Shown here: one piece after another, positions 52,472-63,367 of the stretch | Position numbering within the stretch: the stretch's first letter is position 1 | Layout of the letters: each line of letters opens with the position of its first letter | NCBI RefSeq assembly: GCF_018977255.1 | Contig: NW_024704743.1 | Span: 75,952,001 to 76,016,000 of the forward strand | Reading direction: 5' to 3' | Origin: Callorhinchus milii | Taxonomy: Eukaryota | Length of the DNA stretch: 64,000 nt | Notes under the pieces: generated by a model | The model's database searches: none | What the model was told of the DNA's origin: nothing | What the model saw: the letters and a program-made list of their open reading frames with translations, nothing else | Program-made: the position numbers and the translations under genes

Positions 52472-55023
52472 CTGAGAATCAGAGTTAAGACAGCATATTT
52501 TTCCCTTAAGATCAGGCATTTGATTAACTTTTACACTACTGGAAGATCTGGGAAATCCCAGGCTCCCCAATCCAGCCACTTTGTATGTTTCTGCACTCAG
52601 AAAATGCTGTGTGTAAAATCAAAGGGTGGCAAAGAACAACAACAACAACAACAACAAGATTCCATTTGTTGAGCGCCTTTCACGTCGGGAGGACGTCCCA
52701 AGGCGCTGTACAGTTGGGTCAGGACCCGAGCAGGGGGGAAATGGTCAGGGTGAGGGGAGGGAAGGGAGGGAGCGAGAAGGGGGTAGAGAGTCGAGAGGGG
52801 AGCTGAAGGCACGGTCAAAGAGAAAGGTCTTGAGACCGGCCTTGAAGGAGGAAAGGGAGGAGGCGGCGAAGGCACTGGGGGATAGAGTTCCAGAGCCTCG
52901 GGGCTGAGAGGCTGAAGGCCCGGCCACCGATGGTAGGGCGGTTGGGGCGGGGGATGTGGAGCAGACCGGAGCCAGAGGAACGGAGGGTACGGGCGGTTAA
53001 GTAGGGGGATAATAGGTCGGAGAGGTAGGAGGGAGCAAGGCCGTGAATGGCCTTGTAGGTGAGGGTGAGGATCTTGAATTCGATCCTCTGGGGGATGGGG
53101 AGCCAGTGGAGGTGAGCGAGGGTGGGAGTGATGTGGTCCTGGTGCGGGACAGTACACGAGCTGCAGAGTTCTGAATGACCTGCAGCTTGTGGAGGGAGGT
53201 GCCGGGAAGGCCGGCGAGGAGAGAGTTCCCATAGTCCAGCCTTGAGGTGATAAAGGCGTGGACCAGAGTTTCAGCAGCGTGAGGGGTGAGGTAGTGCCGT
53301 AGTCTGGCGACATTCCGGAGGTGATGGAAGGCGGTGCCAGTTGTGGCGCGGATATGGGGGAGAAAGGACAGCTCAGGATCGAACAGAACCCCGAGGTTTC
53401 TGACTGGCTTTGAGAGGTGGAGAGTGCAGCCTTGGATGCTGATGCTGTCAGCGCCTGAGGTGCAGAGGCGCTGACGTGAGCCAATCAGGAGGGCCTCAGT
53501 TTTGCGTACATTGAGCTGGAGAAAGTTATCTCTCGTCCAGGACTCGATGTCGGACAGGCAGGCTGTCAGGACATCGGTGGTCGTGGAGTTGAGGGTAGAG
53601 GAGGAAAGGTAGAGTTGGGTGTCATCCGCATACATGTGGAAGTTAACCCCATGTCTGCGGATGATGTCACCGAGGGGGAGCATATAGAGGGTGAAGAGGA
53701 GGGGACCGAGGACAGAGCCTTGAGGGACACCGCACGAGACAGTGCGGGGGCTGGAGGAAAAGCCATTTGTGGAGACAAAGTGAAGACGGTGGGAGAGGTA
53801 CGACCTAAACCACTCAAGGACAGGGCCTTGAAGGTTGAGGTGGGAGGACAAGCGGTGGAGGAGGATAGCGTGGTCGACCGTATCGAATGCTGCCGATAGG
53901 TCGAGAAGGAGGAGGAGGCAGAGGGAGCCCTGGTCACAGATGGTCAGGATGTCATTGGTGACCTTGACCAGGGCAGTTTCTGTGCTAATGGCAGCACAGA
54001 AACCCGAATGAAGGGGTTTGAATAATGAATGAGTGGAGAGGAAAGAGCACAGCTGGGAGGCGACAACTCGTTCAAGGACCTTGGACAGGGAGGGGAGGTT
54101 GGAGATGGGCCGGTAGCTTGATAGCTGCGACGCATCAAGGGAGGGTTTTTTTAAGGTGGGAGTGATGGTGGCAGTTTTTAAGGGAATGGGAATAGAGCCA
54201 GAGGAGAGGGACAGGTTGACGATGTCTTTGATATGTGGGGCAAGGAGGTGGAGCTGGGAGATAAGGAGTGGAGTGGGGATGGGGTCAAGGGAGCAGGTGG
54301 TAGGTTTCAGGGAGAGGATGAGTTTGGTGACAGAGGATGGGGAAACGGGTACGAAGGTGTGTAGGGGAGGATGTGTAGGAGTCGGAGTGTGGGAGGGAAG
54401 GGGTGGGTGGTGGGTGGATGTTGGAGGGGAAGTGACCGTGGAGCGGATTCCCTTGATCTTGGATTCAAGGAAATCCAGCATCTCCTCGCAGTGAAGGTTG
54501 GAGGAGATGACCTGCGCGGGGTGGCGGGGGAGACGGAGGAGTTGGGATGTGGTAGAGAACAGTCGCCTGGGGTTGTCCTTCGCCTCCAGGATTATCCTGG
54601 AGTAGAAGGACGACTTGGCCGAGGCTAGAGTGGAGCGGTAGATTTTGAGGAGGTTCAGCCAGATTTGTCGGTGGACCGTTAGGCCAGATTTGACCCATGC
54701 TGCTGAGGAGATTGGAGGGACAAAAATGGATAATTATTTTAGGATTGCACAGACAGGGATTTCCCAACCCAGGGAAGCGATTTATGAGATGGCTGATTCC
54801 CTCCCCGCACCCAAGCCCATAGGAATACATGAGGTTGGTGCTCAAAATCATATCAGTGAACCAGTTGACCCCAGGAATCGAATCCACTACTCATAAAGCA
54901 TCTGCATGGAGTGAACTACAAAGTTAAGCATGAATCCTGCAGAACTTTTGTCACACAAATTATTGATCTTAAATACTGTATCTATACTAATCTAGAAACA
55001 TTTGTTTTTCATTGAAAGGATAC
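52472..55023 (-). other. LSM5: U12-type (minor spliceosome) GT-AG intron 2 of LSM5
   Basis: 5' site GTATCCTTT (U12 consensus). Branch-like TCTTAAC lies about 13 nt before the 3' end, with no long polypyrimidine tract. Confidence 0.9.
52635..54705 (-). mobile_element. L2-clade LINE, 5'-truncated, ~2.07 kb, RT domain open, inside LSM5 intron 2
   Basis: ORF 52997-54481 has [29 protein letters not shown] and YADD. 3' end GGGACGTCCTCCCGACGTGAAAGGCGCT followed by a (GTT)n tail. Confidence 0.95.
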
Positions 55024-55119
55024 TGACAAAGTCATCAAAACCCAATAATGTTCCTACAATTTCTTTATCATTCTTCATAACAATGTGAATTCTTGAGCCA
55101 ATACATTTGTCCACAAGCT
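55024..55119 (-). CDS. LSM5: LSM5 exon 2, (E)[31 protein letters not shown]
   Basis: TTTTTCAG acceptor, 96 nt, Sm1 motif of LSm5, ends at a GTATCCTTT donor. Confidence 0.97.
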
Positions 55120-56239
55120 CTGAAAAACAAAATATACAGTATAAATCCAACATAAGCTAACTCCAAGAAGACAATAAATGAAACAACCTTCAGACTTTTA
55201 CATATGGTTGCATGTTCTGGTCTCAACCACTAATTGCTCTAAAATTGTCCCTCACAAGCTTTGAATCATTGCCCTCTTCTGCTGCCTTTCTAAAAGTGGA
55301 ATGTGGGATGGAAATTAAAGCATCACTTACTTTGCACTCCAGTCCTCAACAATATTCAATTATATTCAGCTTGCATCAATCAATCAATGTAGACTGTGTG
55401 GTTTCATAAGGCTATGGAGCCTTGTTTTAAAAATAAAATACTTGAAACCACTGTTAAGAGATCCGTTACTCAGCCTTTGAGGAATGGCACCAGGAGGGGA
55501 TGTCGCCAAGGTCAACTCAGACAAAAAAATACAGAATCTGGAAGTGACTTTCACGTCTGGTTTGGAATCAGCAGCCACCAGGGCTTCAGTTGGTTCTGTT
55601 TTAACATTAAAATACTCTCACGTTTGCAGGTTAGAGCACGCAAACAACTCCAAATTCATTAAGATCCCATTAAGAAAATGAATTGTGGAACAGGAACAAT
55701 TAATCGAAGCTTTCCACTTATTCTATTACCAGCATCAATGCAATGCAGGGGAAATGATACATTTTTAAAAAAAAATACAGTAACAAAACAGGTGTGTGAG
55801 TGAGTGAAGCACAACGCTGGAAATTTCACTAGTTCAGCAACTATAGCAGTACTGCTAAAATGACAAATATACAGGGAGTAATTGCACTCTATTTTCTTAG
55901 CATTTCAGTGCACCCAGAATTTGGCAAAGTCGTAAACAGTCTTTTGATGTTGGATTTTCTGTTAAATTATTTTAAGAATTTGCAAATTCTGGATATCCTG
56001 AAATGCTAAGAAAACCCCGAGCCAGGTAAAGTGACTCCCCAATAAAAACACCAGTAGCGATTATGGAAATTGATAACAAAACTACATTGGCTGCTCATCC
56101 GACTGCACTCTCCCTCCCCATGTGCCTCTCTCTCTGTATTTCTCTATCCCCCCACCTCCGCTTTCTGCGTTTCTCTGTCCTTTTTGCGTTTCTCTATATT
56201 CCTCCCTCTCTTGCCCTCTCGATGTGTTTCTTTATATCT

Positions 56240-56598
56240 CTCTCTCCCCCACCCCTGTCTCCCTCCCCATCTCTCTCTCCCCTCCCTCTCTCCCCCCATC
56301 CATCTCTCCCCCCCCCCCACCGTCTCTCTCCCCACACCCTCCCTGTCTCTCCCCCCCACCGTCTCTCTCCCCACCCCCTCCCTGTCTCTCCCCACCCCCC
56401 CCCTGTCTCTCCCCACCCCCTCCCTGTCTCTCCCCACCCTCTCCCTGTCTCTCTGACTCTCCCAACCCCCTCCCTGACTCTCCCCCCATTCACTGTCTCC
56501 CCCGTCTCCCCCCCCATTCACTGACTCTCTCCCCCCCTCCCTGTCTCCCCCCCCCCCGTCTCTCTGCCCCTGTCTCCCCCCTGTCTCCCCCTCTCTGC
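56240..56598. repeat. C-rich low-complexity/minisatellite (CCCCACCCCCTCCCTGTCTCT-like units) in LSM5 intron 1
   Basis: Tandem ~21 bp degenerate units. Confidence 0.9.
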
Positions 56599-56602
56599 TC
56601 AC

Positions 56603-56645
56603 CCAGAGGCAGCAGTTGGCTCGGGTTGGTAACGGTCACCGCCAT
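56603..56645 (-). CDS. LSM5: LSM5 (U6 snRNA-associated Sm-like protein LSm5) coding exon 1, MAVTVTNPSQLLPL
   Basis: Minus-strand ATG at 56645 reads MAVTVTNPSQLLPL+G then a GTGAG donor. Matches the LSm5 N-terminus (..TNPSQLLPLE). 43 nt, phase 1. Confidence 0.96.
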
Positions 56646-56745
56646 CTTGTCTGAGACCAGAGCGAGGCTCAGACTCGGCTAATCGATCTCAGACAAAAAC
56701 GCCCGATCAACTGAGAGCCGATAACACAGGCGCCTGCGCACAAGT
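56639..56745 (-). promoter_or_regulatory. LSM5 proximal promoter/5' UTR with a YY1-like motif over the start codon and an NRF1-like motif
   Basis: CAAGATGGCGG spans the ATG (YY1 consensus). GCGCCTGCGCA at 56730-56740 (NRF1 consensus). Local CpG enrichment. Confidence 0.6.
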
Positions 56746-56984
56746 GGACAGATCCTCTCAGCCCCAAATAGTGTCAAAGTTGTGGCTGAATCCCCACTCA
56801 CCCTTTTGTCACTTAGCCCTGAGGGGGGGACAGCTGCTGCTCAAACTCCACACCTCCAATTGGTGGAACCACCACTCAGTGGGAAGGGATGTGGGTCTGA
56901 GCTGCGGACAGGAAGATGGTGGCAATGCTCTCGTGCATTTCACGCTGAGTTGCGTTGCCCACCGGGAAGCTCCTTGTGTCCCAC

Positions 56985-57645
56985 CTTGAGTTCCTTGTGT
57001 CTACCATCCACCTGGTGAGGCGCAAACCGCACTTGTCGAATGTTGAACGAGTATCGTGACTATCCTCCCGGAGGGGGGGAGGTAAGTGGAGTCTCCTCGA
57101 AGCTGGACTGGCTCCAAGGTGACATGCCTGGCAATGGAATGTCGGGATTGGGCCGACCTCTGTGGTGGTCTCTAGTTCCTGAGCCGGGCAGGTCCACAGT
57201 ATTCCAGGGCTCTGCTGATGACAGCACAGCCAGCCTGGCTCATCGGCAGGACTTGGAAGGGCGAACCAGTCACTCGGGGCAGGGTTCTTCCCACTCGGCT
57301 CCTGTTAACCATGCAAGTCAAAGCCCTAACGGGTAGGGTGGTCCCCGCTGGACAAGCAGTGGGAAAACTTGTCGGATAGCGATATCAATGGCAAATTATG
57401 CTGTTTTAGCTGATTGGACTCCAGCACTATCCCCAATGCACACTCGGGTCTCAAAGTGTTGGCTCTTGCCAACCCACGACTAATTCTTTACAGAATTAGG
57501 TAAGCAGGGTGCAGCCCTCCAGGGAGAGAGTACGCTTTCCATTCCAACAATCTATCTTTGGGATTTCAATGTGTAGGTGGGATACATCAAAACCTCAGCT
57601 TGGTTTGGATAGTCTTAAGCATGGTGATGGCTTTCTGCATGCCTT
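56985..57645 (+). repeat. Unclassified interspersed repeat, longest copy
   Basis: Colinear similarity to 20405-20975 and 31085-31634, and (reverse) to 4512-4803 and 5480-5655. Confidence 0.85.
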
Positions 57646-59345
57646 ACCCCACATACAATGATACCTCCTTGCCCTTTCCCCAGCTTACCTCTATGATCTC
57701 TTCTACTCCCTTGATATCTCTCCTGCTCACTCTGACAACATGTTCCTACTTCACGTTTTCTGCTCACTTCACCTCACCATTCACAACTGAACTCTCAGCC
57801 ACTATATCCACACTCGCTGAATCTCTGGATTTCTTGCCTTGCACCTTCCCTCGCTGGTTTCAAATCTCTTCTAAAGAAACGTACCTCTCTACAGCACTGA
57901 TCATATATCTCTGTTTGGATTTCCACTCTTTGTATAAAATGCTTTGAGATGTTATTCTACATGAAAGATGCAATTTTAGCCCAAGCTGTTGTTCACTGCC
58001 ACAATAAAGAATAGCCTTGTCTCCATGGTGTTGGTTTTGTTTTTGATCACAGGAGAAGACGCAAAAACAACAGAAACTGATTTTTAAACCAATAGTTAAT
58101 GGTAAAGATCAGGAAGGCTTGAGATTGCAATCTCACCGCGGTAAACTTCAGCTGATTGCGGAGCATTGGTCTCTTTCTAACCCACCCACTCCGGCCTCTT
58201 GGTGGGGTCTACTAGAGCTTTCGAACTGGAGAAGGTGATCCACTCTTAGGTCCAGGCAAATAATTATAAGGTACAAAATAGATCACATTTCAAATCAAAA
58301 GGTTTCAGATTTCACAGTCCTGATATAATTTGATGTGCTAGTAATTGGAGTTGATGTCACCTGCTTCAGGTTTAAACTTTTGGATGAACTTAGATTTAGG
58401 GAAAGTGCATCAGACCCAGATTTAAAATGGCGGTTGCCACAAAACTGCTAAAATAGAAAACCAAACGACAGCAAATTTCTTTCAGTCCTGTCACTATTAA
58501 TGAACAGTCACATTTCTTAAACCCCAAGCTTTGAACAAAATGTTCATTACCTTTGGAAAATGTAATAGACTGCTGTTTTTATAAAGAAATGCGTTTCATA
58601 AGGAAATAAAAATTAATGTTTATTTACTTTGCTTGTTACGTGCTGTGTTGTGGCTGAGTTATTATATATTATACATGTGACTAAGGAAACGATTGTCAGG
58701 TTTCAGTTGAAAATACCTGATTTAAGAATGGCTAGTGGTTCTGTGAATGCGTCAAATAGACTATAGATGGCACTGTTATATTAGGACTTATTGGAAAACC
58801 AAAGTCAATGCAGTTCTACTTCGTGCAGAATGACCATTAAAGCCATTCTTTATCCCCAAATTTAACACCTAAGTATTTTTCAGGTTATTTCAGAGTCTAT
58901 GACTGTTTTGGGGACTCTGTTGTGTGCAATTGGCTGCCACGTTTCGCCTACAAAACATAGTCAAGTCACTTTGCAATATATTCTGTGAAGCGCTTTGAGA
59001 CATCAAAGTGTTATATCAATGCAAGGATTATTATTATTGACAAACAAAAACCCTGGGTATTTATGATGAAATTTGGTTTAGTAGAATTAATTTGTTTTGA
59101 TTTGGTATTGAATGCTGTTTTTGAATCAATAACTATCTTGAATTACAAACAATATGTTGTTAATTCCTTTTTGCCTGAGTGAAAACATTGGAATTAAATG
59201 GGATTTAGCTCAGCACATCCTTCGTCCTCTGACATTAATTGCTGTAAAATAGCCAATTAACCTTTATTGCCAAGACAAATTCCTTGGGGACAATCTGATA
59301 ATATCTCTGCTAGATTTGGCCTGTATTGATGTCAGCTTCATAGTA

Positions 59346-59420
59346 CATACTGACCTGCTGGATATTCTCAGCAATTTCTGTTATATTTCAAATTTCCAAC
59401 ATCTGCAGTATTTTGCTTTC
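59346..59420 (+). mobile_element. Short relic resembling the terminal repeat end of chondrichthyan Penelope-like elements
   Basis: CTGACCTGCTG..TATT..CAGCA.TTTCTGTT...TTTCA.ATTTCCA.CATCTGCAGTATTTTGCTTT, recognised from memory and not by a search. Confidence 0.45.
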
Positions 59421-59519
59421 AGTTTCATTGTATTGCCTGGTATTCTATTTCTTCACAGGCTACATTGCATCAGTTTGTAACCCCCATAACCAGTGATACA
59501 AGTGCAACACAGACCGCGA

Positions 59520-59794
59520 TATAATAATAATCCTAAACATCTCAAAATGTTTCACAGAATATACTGTAAAATAAATTCACTGTGTATTTTGTGGGCGAAA
59601 CGAGGCAGTCAGTTGCACACTTGTCCCATAAACAGTTGTTGATTGGAAGTGACCAATTTATTGCTTTTTTCTTGAGGGATTATTATCAGGCGTGTGGTGT
59701 AAGGAAACTTGCCCAAGGTTTCGCTCTGCTGGGAATCGAACCCAGGCCTCTCGCTTGAGAGGTCAGGGCACTAACCACTGAGCTACAGGACTCC
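59520..59794 (-). mobile_element. tRNA-derived SINE
   Basis: Family match. Confidence 0.85.
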
Positions 59795-60175
59795 GTTTAA
59801 TGAGATTGTACTTGTTTTAAAATCCATTAAACCCACATTTACGTTAAAGTGCCAGAGAAAACCTAATCTGCTTTTTGAAGTTTGCCACCTAATGCTTCTT
59901 GGAATTGTGCCAAAGGAAGTACTGTGACACAGGAATCTGGTCTTTACCTCTCAGGAGCTTAATTAAGTCAGGCAATATTCCCAGCAAAAAAGTTGCAGGA
60001 GAAACATTTTAAATATAAGGCTTTTGTGTTCAACTCAGTTACAATATTGACTTTAATTAATTTACTGGCTGGCTCGCTGACCAACTCATTCACTGACTAA
60101 CTTATTAATTGGATGTCCTATTGATTGACTAACTCATTGGCCAGCTGTTTTAATGACTGGCTGTCCTATTGAATG

Positions 60176-60648
60176 GTGTCCCCTCCCGCACCAAACTCTG
60201 TGACCCCATCTCCCCCATTCTCGCCCCCCTCCTCCCATATCCTTCAGAGGATCCTGGTCCTCACCTACAAAGCCCTCCATAGCCTCGCCCCACCCTGTCT
60301 CTGTGAGCTCCTAACCCCCTACCAACCTGCCCACTCCCTCCACTCAGCCGGCTCTGGCCTGCTCCACGTCCCCCGACCCACCTGCCCCACCATTGGCGGG
60401 ACAGCCTTCAGCCACTCTGCCCCCAACCTCTGGAATTCCATCCCCCAGTCACTCCGCCTCGCCCCTTCCTTAGCCTCCTTCAAGTCCTGCCTCAAGAACC
60501 TCCTCTTCGACCATGCCATTGCTCAGCCCCCTTCCCTCCCTTCACCCCCCTGATCCCAGCTCGAGTCTGAAATGCTGTACGCTGTCCAGCGCCTTGGGAC
60601 ATTCTCCCGACATGAAAGGTGCTATACAAGTGTAATCTTGTTGTTGTT
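60176..60648 (+). mobile_element. L2 LINE 3' fragment
   Basis: Reverse complement of the 200-690 type; tail TTGTTGTTG. Confidence 0.9.
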
Positions 60649-60799
60649 CACTGACTGATTGTTATATTAAATAACTTATGACTGCCATATTGCCTGACTA
60701 ACTGACTGGTTCTCTGGCTGACCAGCTCATTGACTTACAATATCTGACTGTGTGTCTGACGAACTCCTTCACTAGCAGATTGACTGACTATCTGGCAAG

Positions 60800-63125
60800 C
60801 TCACTGACTGACTGACTAGCTGATTGACTGACTGATTAGCTCATTGACTGACTGACTAGCTGATTGACTAGCTGAGTGACTGATTGACTAGCTGATTGAC
60901 TGATTGACTAGCTGATTGACTGATTGACTAGCTGAGTGACTGATTGACTAGCTGATTGACTGATTGACTAGCTGATTGACTGAGTGACTGATTGACTAGC
61001 TGAGTGACCGATTGACTAGCTGATTGACTGAGTGACTAGCTGATTGACTGATTGATGAGCTGATTGACTAATTGACTAGCTGATTGACTGATTGACTAGC
61101 TGATTCACTGATTGACTAGCTGATTGACTGATTGACTAGCTGATTCATTGATTGACTAGCTGATTGACTGACCGACTAGCTGACTGACTGACTGGCTGAG
61201 TGACTGATTGACTAGCTGATTGACTGAGTGACTGATTGACTAGCTGATTGACTAGCTGATTGACTGATTGACTAGCTGATTGACTGATTGACTAGCTGAT
61301 TGACTGATTGACTAGCTGATTAACTGATTGACTAGCTGATTGACTGATTGACTAGCTGATTCACTGATTAACTAGCTGATTGACTGATTGACTAGCTGAT
61401 TGACTGAGTGACTGATTGACTAGCTGAGTGACTGAGTGACTGATTGACTAGCTGAGTGACTGATTGACTAGCTGATTGACTGAGTGACTGATTGACTAGC
61501 TGATTGACTGAGTGACTAGCTGATTGACTGATTGATGAGCTGATTGACTGATTGACTAGCTGATTGACTGATTGACTAGCTGATTGACTGATTGACTAGC
61601 TGATTGACTGACCGACTAGCTGACTTACTGACTGGCTGAGTGACTGATTGACTAGCTGATTGACTGATTGACCAGCTGATTGACTGATTGATGAGCTGAT
61701 TGACTGATTGACTAGCTGATTGACTGAGTGACTGATTGACTAGCTGAGTGACTGATTGACTAGCTGATTGACTGAGTGACTGATTGACTAGCTGAGTGAC
61801 TGATTGACTAGCTGAGTGACTGATTGACTAGCTGATTGACTGAGTGACTGATTGACTAGCTGATTGAATGATTGACTAGCTGATTGACTAGCTGATTGAC
61901 TGATTGACTAGCTGAGTGACTGAGTGACTGATTGACAAGCTGAGTGACTGACTGACTAGCTGATTGACTGAGTGACTGATTGACTAGCTGATTGACTGAG
62001 TGACTAGCTGATTGACTGATTGATGAGCTGATTGACTGATTGACTAGCTGATTGACTGATTGACTAGCTGATTGACTGAGTGACTGACTGACTAGCTGAG
62101 TGACTGATTGACTAGCTGATTGACTGATTGACCAGCTGATTCACTGATTGACTAGCTGAGTGACTGATTGACTAGCTGAGTGACTGATTGACGAGCTGAT
62201 TGACTGAGTGACTGATTGACTAGCTGATTGACTGAGTGACTAGCTGATTGACTGATTGACTAGCTGATTGACTGATTGACTAGCTGATTGACTGAGTGAC
62301 TGATTGACTAGCTGATTGACTGAGTGACTAGCTGATTGACTGATTGACTAGCTGATTGACTGATTGACTAGCTGATTGACCGCGTGACTGACTGACTAGC
62401 TGAGTGACTGAGTGACTAGCTGATTGACTGAGTGACTGATTGACTAGCTGATTGACTGAGTGACTAGCTGAGTGACTGAGTGACTAGCTGATTGACTGAG
62501 TGACTAGCTGATTGACTGATTGACTAGCTGATTGACTGAGTGACTAGCTGATTGACTGAGTGACTAGCTGATTGACTGAGTGACTAGCTGATTGACTGAG
62601 TGACTAGCTGAGTGACTGAGTGACTAGCTGATTGACTGAGTGACTGATTGACTAGCTGATTGACTGAGTGACTAGCTGAGTGACTGAGTGACTAGCTGAT
62701 TGACTGAGTGACTAGCTGATTGACTGATTGACTAGCTGATTGACTGAGTGACTAGCTGATTGACTGAGTGACTAGCTGATTGACTGAGTGACTAGCTGAT
62801 TGACTGAGTGACTAGCTGATTGACTGAGTGACTAGCTGATTGACTGATTGACTAGCTGATTCACTGATTAACTAGCTGATTGACTGAGTGACTAGCTGAT
62901 TGACTGAGTGACTAGCTGATTGACTGAGTGACTAGCTGATTGACTGATTGACTAGCTGATTGACTGATTGACTAGCTGATTGACTGAGTGACTAGCTGAT
63001 TGACTGATTGACGAGCTGACTAACTGACTGACTCGCTGACTGACTGACTAACTGACTGACTCGCTGACTAACTAACTGACTGACTAACTGACTGACTCGC
63101 TGATTGACAGCTGAGTGACTCACTC
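60800..63125. repeat. 2.3 kb minisatellite built from tetramers TGAC/TGAT/TGAG/TAGC; dominant 20 bp unit TAGCTGATTGACTGA(T/G)TGAC
   Basis: Directly visible tandem array ending about 160 bp upstream of the AVL9 ATG. Confidence 0.98.
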
Positions 63126-63283
63126 ACTGACCATTCGACTGAATTTTCGATGGTCTGGTGAGCAGCGACGTCACCGCGTTGCCGGGGAGACAGGGAACGT
63201 GTGCGCGCTGACGCCGCCAATGACGTCGCTGTCGGGCCGAGGCGGAAGTCTGTGCGAGCGCGAGCCGCGGACTGAGGCTGGGG
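63126..63283 (+). promoter_or_regulatory. AVL9 CpG-rich promoter/5' UTR
   Basis: CpG-dense, with two CRE-like sites (CGACGTCA, TGACGTCG), CCAAT and an ETS-like GCGGAAGT just upstream of the ATG. Confidence 0.7.
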
Positions 63284-63367
63284 ATGGAGTCGGGCGGCGA
63301 GGGGGCGGCAGGAGGGGTGGTGCTGCACATCGTGGTGGTGGGCTTCCACCACAAGAAGGGCTGTCAG
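63284..63367 (+). CDS. AVL9: AVL9 (late secretory pathway protein AVL9 homolog) coding exon 1; the gene continues beyond the window
   Basis: MESGGEGAAGGVVLHIVVVGFHHKKGCQ then a CAG/GTGAGA donor. VLHIVVVGFHHKKGCQ is the conserved AVL9 N-terminus. Divergent from LSM5, as in other vertebrates. Confidence 0.95.

Noticed and set aside
52997..54481. 494 aa RT ORF as a domesticated gene or autonomous element
   Set aside because: No endonuclease or 5' end, and a deletion/frameshift near 53135. It is a truncated L2 copy.
56063..56682. Overlapping Pro-rich and Gly-rich ORFs
   Set aside because: Low-complexity tract in LSM5 intron 1.
57205..57255. CTGATGA next to a short stem in the unclassified repeat, suggesting a hammerhead ribozyme
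   Set aside because: No GAAA follows stem II on either strand in any of three copies (TGTG/TGTA instead), so the catalytic core is incomplete.
60800..63125. Possible CRISPR-like or coding array
   Set aside because: No unique spacers, eukaryotic context, and the plus strand is saturated with stops. It is a minisatellite.
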